Shown here: positions 13,168 through 25,247 of the stretch, one piece after another
How the letters are laid out: every line of letters starts with the position of its first letter
Position numbering within the stretch: position 1 is the stretch's first letter
Assembly: GCA_964016885.1 (NCBI GenBank)
Contig: OZ024743.1
Coordinates: 251,162,001-251,226,000, forward strand
Direction of reading: 5' to 3'
Origin: Eledone cirrhosa
Lineage: Eukaryota
Length of the DNA stretch: 64,000 nt
Translations under genes and position numbers: made by a program
The notes under the pieces: model-generated
The model's database searches: none
The model's input: the letters and a program-made list of their open reading frames with translations, nothing else
What the model was told of the DNA's origin: nothing

Positions 13168-14302
13168 TCCCATATATTAATGACATCGATGCCAACCTAA
13201 ATAATCCCACAGTGCTGAAATATGTAGATGACATCAAGCTATACCTTGAGATAAAAAGGACAGCTCCTCTATGCTATAGATCTTTCCTGCAATCATCCCT
13301 GGACACAATGCAGCAATGGATTTCAGACTGGCAACTCAAGCTGGCTGTGGACAAATTTACCACCCTGCATTTTGGGAGGAAAAACCCAGTGTTCACATAC
13401 TCCCTCCACAACACTAATCTCCTGCAATAATGCCCAGGTCATGTTCACAAGAAGTCTTCTTGTAAACATGACCTGGGCATTATTGCAAACAGCAATTTGC
13501 ATTGGACAAATCACATCGCTAAAATTGTCAAGAAGGCTGAGGGTGTCTTAGCATCACTTAATAAGACCTTTGTGAGCCACTCTCCAGCTATTTGTAAATA
13601 AGCTGTATATAATTATGGTGCATCCACAATTAGAATTTGCATCACCAGTCTGGAACCCCTATCTTGCTCAGAATATTGATCTCCTGGAAATTGTTCAGGG
13701 ACGTGCAACTAAACGAATACCCTCTATCATGCTTCTACCATACTCTGAATGCCTTGCTTCCTTGGGCATGGATACATTAAAGCAACGTCTGGCAACTGAC
13801 CTTTTAGTCATCCACAAGATTATTAACCATCTTTCCAACAACAACCCTGAGCACCTTTTTGGAATTCCATATGTCTACCATACATGGGCATGCTTACAAG
13901 ATCAGAAAACAGTACAGCTCCCATGACTTTTGGAAACATCTTTTCATGCTCAGAGTTTGTGAAGCATGGAACAAACTATCTGCATCAGTTGTTAGCTGTC
14001 GGGACTCTGCATCCTTCAAAACTTCCATGCTTCCTGAAATTCACTAACACTACACCTGATATTCCTCTTTCATACACAGGTACACATGTGTCTGTGTGTG
14101 TCTGTGTGCATATCATGACTCATACACTGTTCACTTTCCTGACATTTGTACATTATTCTATGTACTATACCAGTAATACACTGGGATAATTGCTGGCCTT
14201 GTGCCAAAAGTAGAAACAATTATTCTATGTACTATTCAAGCACCTTTGATGAGTTGTAGTGCACCTGAGCACTGTACACAATAACTTTCACTATTATTAT
14301 TA
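13168..14302 (+). mobile_element. 5'-truncated CR1-group LINE (RT C-terminal half, 3' UTR, (TAT)n tail), disrupted
   Basis: YINDI..LKYVDDIKLY..WQLKLAVDK..LHFGRKN, DLGII, VHPQLEFASPVWNPY..LEIVQGRATKRIP, with stops and frameshifts. Confidence 0.9.
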
Positions 14303-14474
14303 TACTAAACTAAATTATTGAATGAATTGGTTTGTCAAAAGTCTTTAATCACACTCAGTGACTTTATCAATGGCATGTCCCTCATGTACTCACTCTACAC
14401 TACTGTTGCACTGACTACGTGATCTATGATTGTTTCTTCCTTAGCATGTCAAAGATTTTAAGAAACTAGCATGG

Positions 14475-14475
<1 letters not shown>

Positions 14476-14535
<60 letters not shown>

Positions 14536-14574
14536 ATACACACACACACACACATACACACACAGACACACACA

Positions 14575-14613
<39 letters not shown>

Positions 14614-14985
14614 CAGTTTTTGTCACTCTCTCTCTTACACATACTCAGTTACCTCCTTTCTCACATACACAACATATATATGTACACACTTAGGCAAACC
14701 TGAAAGCACACACATTCATAATCATTCATGCACACGCATCTCTCTCTTTCTCTCTCTCTCTCATATGCACATACACACACACAGATATATACATATATAC
14801 AAATAAATATGCCTAAATATATATATCTACACATACATTCACTAACACATACAAATATACACACGTAAATATGTACACATACATACACCAACACGCATAC
14901 AAATTCACTCTCACATACATTTGCTCACACACACATGCACACACACACACACATGCACACACACACACACACATGCACACACACC
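14476..14985. repeat. (CA)n-rich microsatellite region
   Basis: Long CA runs. Confidence 0.9.
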
Positions 14986-15046
14986 TGAGGGTTTTTGATT
15001 ATATTTAGATTTCTTTGTTCTCATTTACTCTGATCTAACTTTCATT

Positions 15047-16722
15047 GCTGGTGGTAGTGGTGGTAGTGATGGTAATGGTGGTGGTGATGGTAGTGGTGAT
15101 GGTGGTGATGATGGTAGTGGTAATGGTGGTGATGATGGTAGTGGTAATAGTGGTGATGATGGTAGTGGTGATGGTGGTGATGATGGTAGTGGTAATGGTG
15201 GTGATGATGGTAGTGGTAATGGTGGTGATGATGGTAGTGGTGATGGTGGTGATGGTGGCTATGGTGGTGGTAGTGATGTTGGCTATGGTGGTAGTGGTAG
15301 TGGTGGTAGTGATGGTAATGGTGGTGGTGATGGTAGTGGTGATGGTGGTGATGATGGTAGTGGTAATGGTGGTGGTGATGGTAGTGGTGATGGTGGTGAT
15401 GATGGTAGTGGTAATGGTGGTGATGATGGTAGTGGTGATGGTGGTGATGGTGGCTATGGTGGTGGTAGTGATGTTGGCTATGGTGGTAGTGGTAGTGGTG
15501 GTAGTGATGGTAATGGTGGTGGTGATGGTAGTGGTGATGGTGGTGATGATGGTAGTGGTAATGGTGGTGATGATGGTAGTGATGGTGGCTATGGTGGTGG
15601 TAGTGATGTTGGCTATGGTGGTAGTGGTAGTGGTGGTAGTGATGGTAATGATGGTGGTGATGGTAGTGGTGATGGTGGTGATGATGGTAGTGGTAATAGT
15701 GGTGATGATGGTAGTGGTGATGGTGATGGTGGCTATGGTGGTGGTAGTGATGTTGGCTATGGTGGTAGTGGTAGTGGTGGTAGTGATGGTAATGGTAGTG
15801 GTGATGGTGGTGATGATGGTAGTGGTAATGGTGGTGATGATGGTAGTGGTGATGGTGGTGATGATGGTAGTGGTAATGGTGGTGATGATGGTAGTGGTGA
15901 TGGTGGTGATGGTGGCTATGGTGGTGGTAGTGATGTTGGCTATGGTGGTAGTGGTAGTGGTGGTAGTGATGGTAATGGTGGTGATGATGGTGATGATGGT
16001 AGTGGTGATGGTGGTGATGATGGTGGCGATGGTGGTGGTAGTGATGTTGGCTATGGTGATAGTGGTGGTGATGGTAATGGTGGTGATGATGTTAGTGGTG
16101 ATGGTGGTGATGATGGTAGCTATGGTGGTGCTAGTGATGATGGCTATGGTGGTAGTGATGGTAATGGTAGTTGTGATGGTGGTGATGATGGTAGCTATGG
16201 TGGTGGTAGTGATGTTGGCTATGGTGGTAGTGATGGTAATGGTAGTTGTGATGGTGGTGATGATGGTAGCTATGGTGATGGTAGTGATGGTAATGGTGGT
16301 AGTGGTGGTGGTGATGGTGGCTATGATGGTAGTGGTGATGGTGATGATGATGGTAGCTATGGTGGTGGTAGTGATGTTGGCTATGGTGGTAGTGGTAGTG
16401 GTGGTAGTGATGGTAATGGTGGTGGTGATGGTAGTGGTGATGGTGGTGATGATGGTAGTGGTAATGGTGGTGATGATGGTAGTGGTGATGGTGGTGATGA
16501 TGGTAGTGGTAATGGTGGTTATGATGGTAGTGGTGATGGTGGTGATGATGGTAGCTATGGTGGTGGTAGTGATGTTGGCTATGGTGATTGTGGTGGTCAT
16601 GATGGCTATTGTAATAGTGGTGATGGTGGTGATGATGGCTATGGTGATTGTGGTGGCTATTGTAATAGTAATCGGGATGATGGTTGTGATGTTTGTGGTG
16701 GTGTTGATGGCTATAGTGAGTA
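15047..16722. repeat. Trinucleotide-based (GGT/GAT/AGT) minisatellite with recurring larger blocks
   Basis: The marker GTGATGTTGGCTATG recurs at intervals. The long poly-Val/Met and poly-Thr/Ile ORFs follow from triplet periodicity. Confidence 0.95.
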
Positions 16723-16726
16723 TGAT

Positions 16727-16985
16727 GCTTTGGGAGGGTCATGTTGCCAATAAGAAACACACGCACCAGTTGTTTCACTCCAATTTATTATAAATTAAAT
16801 TTATAAATTTAAGAATTTATAAATTTCCGGTTGGTTGGTTCCATAACCGGACGGTTGTTCATATATTGTCGAAGTTCTTTCGTCACACAGTATAGCAATA
16901 TAAGGTTGCACTTACGGTCGTAAATACCTGGATAAAATCCTTAATGTTTCTCTTAATGCTTACCTGTGTTTTCTCTTTTATACTA
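16727..16985. mobile_element. Second copy of the 9.7 kb foldback arm plus a different continuation (possible Penelope-like terminal remnant)
   Basis: TTTGGGAGGGTCATGTTGCCAATAAGAAACACACGCACC...GTCGAAGTTCTTTCGTCACAC matches 9718-9850 and ends in (TA)n. Confidence 0.65.
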
Positions 16986-17057
16986 TATATATATATGTAT
17001 GTATATATGTGTGTGTGTATATATATATATGTGTGTGTACATATATATATGTGTGTG

Positions 17058-17088
<31 letters not shown>

Positions 17089-17319
17089 GTGTGTGTGTGT
17101 ATATATATATATATGTAGAAATACACAACTAATCAGTGCAATAGAACACCTGGTAAAATTTGAAATTGTCATCAGTTTTTAATGTCTCATTTTCTTCCCT
17201 AGTTTTACTCACTCCCCTCCCCCAGTCACCCCCTCGTTTTCTACATTTCCTGTATTTCCCAGTAAATTACTACAACACTTAAACTAAAAACATTGACAGA
17301 AAAAAATACTGATTAATTT

Positions 17320-17847
17320 TATATGTATATATGTATGTATATATATATGTATGTATATATATGTATATATATGTATGTATGTATATATGTATGTATGTAT
17401 GTATAGGTATGTATATATATGTAGGTATGTATATATATATATATGTATGTATATATTTATATATGTGTATGTATATATATGTATGTATATATTTATATAT
17501 ATGTATGTATATATATGTAGTTATATATATATATATGTATGTATATATATGTAGTTATATATATATATATGTATGTATATATATATATATGTGTGTATGT
17601 ATATGTATATTTATATATGTATGTATATATATATATGTATGTATATGTATATATATATGTATGTATGTGTGTATATATGTATGTATATGTATATATATGT
17701 ATGTTTGTATATGTATATATATATGTATGTATGTATATGTATATATATGTATGTATATGTATGTATGTATATGTATGTATATATATGTATGTATGTATAT
17801 GTATATATATGTATATGTATATATATGTATATGTATGTATGTATATG

Positions 17848-17880
<33 letters not shown>

Positions 17881-18100
17881 GTATATGTATATATATGTAT
17901 GTATGTATATGTATATATATGTATGTATGTATATGTATATATATGTATGTATATGTATATATATGTATGTGTATATATGTATGTGTATATATGTATGTAT
18001 ATATAATGTATGTATATATATATATGTATATATGTATGTGTATATATATATATACACACACACACACGTGTGTATATATATACATGTATACATATATATA
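17320..18100. repeat. (TA/TG)n compound microsatellite
   Basis: TATG/TA runs. Confidence 0.95.
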
Positions 18101-18317
18101 AATGGAAGTACAGCATATTCTAAGTTAGAGCCGCAGCTAAGCCGACGAATGCATTCAGAAGTGCAGCCAAGCACTCGATAAGGTATAACATACAGTTTAA
18201 AGGGCTTTGCAAATTGAAGATAGCAACTGGTAATTCAGCCGCGGGGGCCGTACCAATGAAAGAACTGTCTCGCGAGAAAAAATACATATATATATACATA
18301 TATATATATATATACAT

Positions 18318-18650
18318 ATCATTCATTTCATTTTTACGTCCGCTTTTTCCCTGCTTGTAAGGGTGGGACGGGAACTGATTCTGGCTTGATTTCTACAGCT
18401 GGATGCCCTTCCTAACACCGACCTCATTTACAGTGAGTGCTGGGTGCTTTTTTGCCGTGGCACCTACACGGCCACTTTGCAGTGGAATGATATGGACCCC
18501 AGTCCCTATCATCTCATTTCTACAGCTGAGTAAACTGGAGCAATGTGAAATAAAGTGTCTTGCTCAAGGAAACAACACATCACCCGATCTGAGAATTGAA
18601 CTCACAACCTTTCAATTGCAAGGCCATAACCACTAAGCCATGAGACTCCA
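18318..18650 (-). mobile_element. SINE family A, copy 3
   Basis: Near-identical to copy 1, with a small deletion in the head. Confidence 0.9.
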
Positions 18651-18694
18651 TATTATATATATATATATATACATATTTATATATATAATATATA

Positions 18695-18771
18695 TAGGGT
18701 GTCCTAAAAATGTATACACACTTTTATAAGAATGCTGTTGAAGTGTGTATACATTTTTGGGGGACACCCTC
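18695..18771. mobile_element. Tiny Tc1/mariner-type MITE
   Basis: AGGGTGTCCTAAAAATGTATACACACTT...AAGTGTGTATACATTTTTGGGGGACACCCT, flanked by TA. Confidence 0.7.
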
Positions 18772-19894
18772 TATATGTGTGTTTGTATGTGTAGGGAAAG
18801 ACTGAGAAATGGGAGGGATGATAAAAAGAAAGTGCCTAGAGAGGGAGACCCAAAATGGAGTTGTGGAGGGTGAGTGGTATGGTGTGTGTATGAAATGGGT
18901 TGTGTGTGTGTGTGTGTGAGAGAGAGGGTGTAAGTGTGAAAGAGGGTTAAATACAATGAATCAAGTAAGGTTTCTATTCTGAGGAATGCAAAAAATGGCA
19001 TTTCATTTTATTCATCTAATTCATTATTTTATTGTCTCTCCCCTTCTTTTCTATACTGTGTTAGGAAGGTGTTGTTATTGTTTAGAAGAGTTGGAGGACC
19101 ATTTCCTGCCTACCCCTGTGTTCCAAGATTTCTATGATTGGATGCCTTTCCTAACTGCAACCCACTTTACAGAGTATACTGGGTGTATTTTATTGTGCCA
19201 TCAAGTCTTAGGAGGCTCTCATGACGTCAACAGGACTAAACTGTCATCTTTACCCTACATAGTCTCTGTTAAATTGTCAATTAATTTACAGAATATAAAA
19301 TGTGCATTTAATCATGGCATCAACTCTACTGAGGTTGTGATATACTCATTAATACTCAACAGTCTTCTCTTCCTCCTGTTTTCTCCATTTGATCATCAAT
19401 CCCCTTTACAGAGTGTACTGAGTGCATTTTATTGTGGCACCAACTCTAGAGCAGTTACTATGTAACTTTTTTCATAATGTCTCTGTTCTTTTATTTGTAG
19501 AAAATAAAAAGACTTTAAGTCATGAATTATCGAAAATTTATAATGAATATCTGATGAAGCTGGAAATTTGCATACACAAAATGAAAATATTTAAATAAAA
19601 CAAAATACTTTGATTAAAAAGAAAAAGCCAAACAATCTGTTTTTAATTTATTTTCAAATCTAATAATACACATTTAGTAATAAAGATTAAGTCAGATTGA
19701 TGTTATATTATGTGTAGAAATAGTGTACAGTTTTGTGTATATATTTTAATGTTAAATTTATGGCCTATGGTGGCTGTCACCACCATATGCTATTGATTGT
19801 ATCAATTCTCCATATCATAATAGGAAGGAGAAAGTGTTAGTTGATGACAAATCCCATACATATTACTGGTACATATCATATATATCCTCATGTA

Positions 19895-20140
19895 AAGTAG
19901 TGAGTTCAATTCCTAGACCAGATGGCACATTATGTCCTTGAGCAAGACACTTCATTTTCAAATTGCTCCATTCCACGAAGCTGAAAAGAAATTTGTTGCA
20001 ACTGTATTTGAACGAGCCAACCATGTCATATATTGTAGCATGCTGAATCTCCTTGAGAACTACATTAGGAACACATGTGCCTGGAGAATGCTCAACACTT
20101 GCATGGTAATTTGATAAGCATGTTATTCTGTTACTCAAAC
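19895..20140 (+). mobile_element. Old CORE-like SINE remnant with a different body
   Basis: GTGAGTTCAATTCC (B box) and TGTCCTTGAGCAAGACACTT. Confidence 0.6.
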
Positions 20141-20376
20141 AACTGGAACAATCATCATCAGAACCAACAGAGGTTCAACAAACAACACACACATACAAGA
20201 ATATATACCTTCTCCCTAATATATTACTGGTATATATTCCATATATTCAAGGATCTATGTAGTTCTTGTGCAACCATGTGTCTGTATCTTGAACTTTTCT
20301 CTCCAAGGTGTAAGTTTGGGCAAAATTTTATTGAAAACCAGCAGTATCTACCCAATATATACAGGAATATATTGTA

Positions 20377-20425
<49 letters not shown>

Positions 20426-20674
20426 CATTCAACCATCGAAAACTTTCCAAACAAAGAGCCAAGAGGACTTTTAGTGACTTTTCAGCTGTGTGAAAGACCT
20501 GACAATTTCCCTAATGCACTCGATAGATAGCAGAATCTTTTGTAAGCAAGATGCAGGCTCCCCCCCCCCCCACTTCATCAGAGTTGGCAGTAGTTCTGCT
20601 TGAATATGAACCAGACTCCGACATGTCCAACTCCTGCCAGCATGGATGATAGGCATTAAACGATAATGATGAGA

Positions 20675-22165
20675 ATCATCATCATCATCATCAAATGTCT
20701 GCTTTTCCCTGCTTGCAAGGGTTGGATGGGTCCTATTCAGCACAGCATCTCTCCACCCATCACAGTCCTTTGTCATCTCCTCTGTGAGCTTCAGCGATCT
20801 GAGGTCTGCTCTCACCACCTCCACCCATGTTTTTCGTGGTCTACCTCTACTGCATCTTCCCTCCACTGGGACTTCCTGGCACTTCTTCACCCATCGGTCA
20901 TCCTCCATGCACATCACATGTCCATACCATCTCAGCCTTCTCTCCTGCACACCACAACTTATCCCTCTTATACCCAGTTTCTTTCTCAACTAGTCTATGC
21001 TTGGTTGTCACGCACATTGACATTGCGCATCCAACAGAGCATACCTGCTTCATTTCTCTCCAGCCGTCGCATATCTTCTGCAGTTGCTGCCCATCTCTCA
21101 CCACCATGCAGCATCGCACATCTCACCAGGCATCATATAACCGTCCTTTTGTACGCAGGGAGAAACCCTTCTTTGTCAACAGGGGGAGCAGCTCCCTAAA
21201 CTTCTTCCAACCCGTCCTTATTCTAGATACTATGGCCTCGGACCCCCCCCCCTCCTATGCTAATTTGATCACCTAGGTACCGGAAGCTATCAACCACTTC
21301 TATAGAGCCCACCTGCATTGGAAAAATGAGTCTATCACATCGATTTCTACTGCCAACTTTCCCTGTACTGCATACGTAGTTTTCCCTACCTGTTAGTTTG
21401 CCTACTATCCCACTATATCTCTTGTGTACCCAAGATCTGTATTGCGTACATTTTATGGAATTTATGCCAGTTCCTTTCCTACATATCGAACATAGCCATT
21501 TCCCTGATAGAATCAGAGTATTGTCCTCTCTTCTACTTATCAATGCCTTTGTTTTAGCTATGTTCACTCTCAGGCCTCTTGATTCCAACTGCTTTTTCCA
21601 TAGCCAGTATTTATTCTCAAGCTCCTCTACTGATTCTGCTATGAGAACCAGATCATCAGCATAAAGAATTTCCCATGGGCATCCAGTCTTAAACTCCTCC
21701 GTTATGGCTTGGAAGATTATAATGGACAAGAGTGGGCTGAGGACAGAACCTTGATGTACACCTACTTGTGTCTGGAATTCCTCACTAAACTCCATTCCTA
21801 TTCTCACTTTACTGACCGCACCCCTGTACATAGCTTGTACTGTCCTCACAAGCCATTCCTCTACCCCTAGTTTCCTTAGGGACCACCAGATGACAGATCG
21901 GGGTACCCTATCAAAAGCCTTCTCTAGGTCAACAAAAGCTAAGTATAGTGGCTTATTCTTCTCTAAGAACCTCTCTTGTCATTGTCTCACTATGAAGAGG
22001 GCATCTGTTGTACTTTTCCGAGGCACAAAATCAAACTACATCTCATCTAAATTGACCTTTCTCTAATCAGTTGCGCTAATATTCTCTCTGCCACTTTCAT
22101 AACCTGATCCATCAGTTTTATGCCCCTATAATTGCTCCTCTCTAGAGCATCCCCTTTATCTTTAT
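20675..22165 (-). mobile_element. 5'-truncated RTE LINE (RT, degenerate PHD, C-terminus, 3' tail)
   Basis: VGVHQGSVLSPLL, ILYADDLVL, FRYLGD, RRLRWYGHV, RGRPRKTW. Tail CCCTTGCAAGCAGGGAAAAGCAGAC(ATG)n. Frameshifted. Confidence 0.93.
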
Positions 22166-22284
22166 ATACATGTATATTCTGGGTGTGCTATATCATCCCT
22201 ACATACACACCAATTTACATTATAGTAAATCTGTTGTTCTTATATCATGACATAACCTGGTGATAATTTGTTTCCAAATCTAGT

Positions 22285-22762
22285 AATAATAATTGTTTAT
22301 ACTTTTGGCACAAGGCCAGCAATTACCCCAGTGCATTACTGTTGCTTTATTTTATCGACCCCGTAAGGATGAAAGGCAAAGTTAACCTCAGCCGGATATG
22401 AACTCAGACTGCAAAGGGCCGTAACTCTATGTTGCAAAGCATGGCGTCCGATCCTCTACCAATACTGCCAAATAATGATTTCTACGATGGCCAGCAATTT
22501 GGGGTAGGGGAAAGTTGATTAAATCGACACCAGTACATCACTGGTGCTTTATTTTATCGACCTCATAAGGATGAACGCAAAGCTAATTTCAGCGGGATTT
22601 GAACTCAGAATGTAAAGGGATGTAAGAGTGCTGTATAGCATGGTGTCTGACACTCTACCATTACTGCTAATTCACCCCAGTGCATTACTGGTACTTTATT
22701 TTATCAACATCAGAAAGATTAAAGGCAAAATTGACATTGGCAAGATTTGAACTCAGAACATA
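22285..22762 (-). mobile_element. Cluster of three tandem SINE family B copies or fragments
   Basis: Repeated TTTATTTTATCGACC..AAGGATGAAAGGCAAAG..TTTGAACTCAG. Confidence 0.8.
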
Positions 22763-23691
22763 AATAATTCTAATAATATTAAGACATTCAGAAATGAAGA
22801 TCATGTCGGGCTGAAGTCCTAGTATGTATAGAAAAAGTCTAAAATTTGTATTTTTATTTTAGAATAATACCTATGCCAAAGTAGTAGATTGAGCATGGTA
22901 ACTGACTCTGTGACAACTGTCACTACATGACACTGAAACAGACTTGGCTTACCCATTCTAGTATAGGTAAGCTGATGTAAAAAGGTGATGATGATAATGT
23001 TGGTGGGAGTAGTGGTTGATGACCGTGATGATGATGACAATGATAATGATGAGTGTGATAGTCCTGGAGACAAATGACTATGAAGGTGATGATATTGATA
23101 ATGGTGGTGGTTGGGCTGAGAATAATGATGTTGATGATAATGATGGTAAGGGTGATTAATATGATGGTGGTGGTGATGACAATAAGGACAATGATGCTGA
23201 TCATGAGGGGGACTATGATGGTAAAGAGGATGACAGCGATGATGATGATTATAATGTATTGTGGTGATGGGGACACTGGTGATGCTGATGATGATCTGTG
23301 TAAAAAAAAAAAATCTGCCATAAGGTTATCTCCTAACTAAAATCTAACATACAAACATGATACATTCAGAGATCTGAAGATATCAGAAATGCCGTTGATT
23401 TGTCATCAATATCATTATATAACACAGTGTTTAAGCTGTGGTTTTGTTGTTCTATATCTTTTTAAATCTAAATATTTCAGTTTTTGTATGCAAATTTCTA
23501 TTTTCATCAGATATTCCTCCTAATTTCTGATAACATCGCGATGTGATTTAAATTTTTTTTTTTCGATAAAATAAAATTGTGTAAAATTTTAATCTAATTT
23601 GTGTATAAAGAATAAAGAATGGATGTGAAAAGATATTCCAATCTTGTTTAGTTTCTCACATAGTATACTTTAACTTGTCATTTTAATACAT

Positions 23692-23877
23692 AATTGTTTC
23701 TACTTTTTGGCACAAGGCCAGCAATTACCCAGAGTATTACTGGTACTTTATTTTATCGACCCCATAAGGATGAAAGGCAAAGTTAACCTCGGCGGGATTT
23801 GAACTCAGAATGGCAAGGGCTGTAACTCTATGCGTCAAAGCATGGCGTCCGACTCTCTACCGATACTGCCAATCCAC
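23692..23877 (-). mobile_element. SINE family B, full copy
   Basis: Reverse complement of 55774-55967. Confidence 0.85.
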
Positions 23878-24312
23878 ATAATGGCGTTAGTGTGATGGTT
23901 ATAAACCACCTGTTCCATTGGCAACAACATATTTGATACAAAATTACTTGAAATAACCTCAGGTTCTACAATACTAGCCTGGGGCCATCTTGGGACATTA
24001 CCTGAAACAATCCATGGTTCTATTAGACAGCAATTTATTTTAAAGTGCTCATCTTTATCTAAAAAAAAAAAACCTTCCATTACAATCTTATGGAAGACAC
24101 TTCTGTTAGACTTCCAAAATTCTTGATTATTTTCAAAATGATTTGAAAATCATAAACAGTGATTTTCACTAGAAATATGATAATGAAAGTGTTAATATTA
24201 GTCTAAAACTTCCCATCATAATTTCATGCAAGAACATTTAAGTTGTTGTGTATGAGTTGGTCTCAAAATAAATGGAATGTTCATGGCTGGAATATCTACA
24301 TGATCAGTGTTT

Positions 24313-25105
24313 GAACAACAACAGCAAGAATAATAAAAGCAATACCAGCATCACCATTGCCATAACTGACCACAACAGCTATAACAACACCACTAGTGGC
24401 AGCAATAACAATAATGGGGACCACAACACCACCATCAACAACCACAACATCACCATCAACAATCACAACATCATCATTACCAGAATAACTGCACCATCAA
24501 CAACCACACCACTGCCACCACTGACCCCAACAACAACAACACCAACAACACAACTATAACTACCAACCACAACACTACAACAATACCATCACCACCTTCA
24601 CTACCAACTGCAACACCACCACCACCACCACCACCACCATCACCCCCAACCACAACGCCACCATCAACCACAACAATACCATCACCACCACTACCACCTA
24701 CCACAACACTACCACCACCATCACCCCCAACACAACGCCACCATCACCATCAACCACAACAATACCACCAACCACAACAATACCACCACCACCTTCACTA
24801 CAAACCGCAACGGCACCACCACCAACCACCACCACAACCATCAACCATAACACCACCACCACCACCATCACCACCAACCACAGCACTACCATCACCGTCA
24901 TCCCCAAATACAACACCACCACCACCACCACCACCAACCAAAGCACCACGACCACCATCGCTACCAACCACAGCACCACCACAAACATCGCTACCAACCA
25001 CAGCACCACGACCACCATCGCTACCAACCACAGCACCACCACCAACATCACCACCAACAACAATAATACCACAAGCACCATCACCACCACCATCCACAAC
25101 AACAA
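24313..25105. repeat. (CAC/CAA)n low-complexity triplet repeat
   Basis: Direct inspection. Confidence 0.9.
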
Positions 25106-25247
25106 ATGAACTACAATATGGCTATAAGTTTCTGCTCTGATTATCAGATTTATAATTTCTCAGGAGGCCCAAATATGGCTTAAGGGAGGAATTAGAGATT
25201 GAAGAGAAGGGAACACATTATCAAGGAAATAGTGTTATTGGGTTTAT

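Noticed and set aside
15035-16793. 521 aa Thr/Ile and 582 aa Val/Met ORFs (mucin-like)
   Set aside because: Both strands are open because of triplet periodicity. No unique coding flanks or clear splice context.
17331-18181. Tyr/Ile/Cys/Met ORFs (also 43.5-45.2 kb and 54.6-55.0 kb)
   Set aside because: Translations of (TA/TG)n microsatellites.
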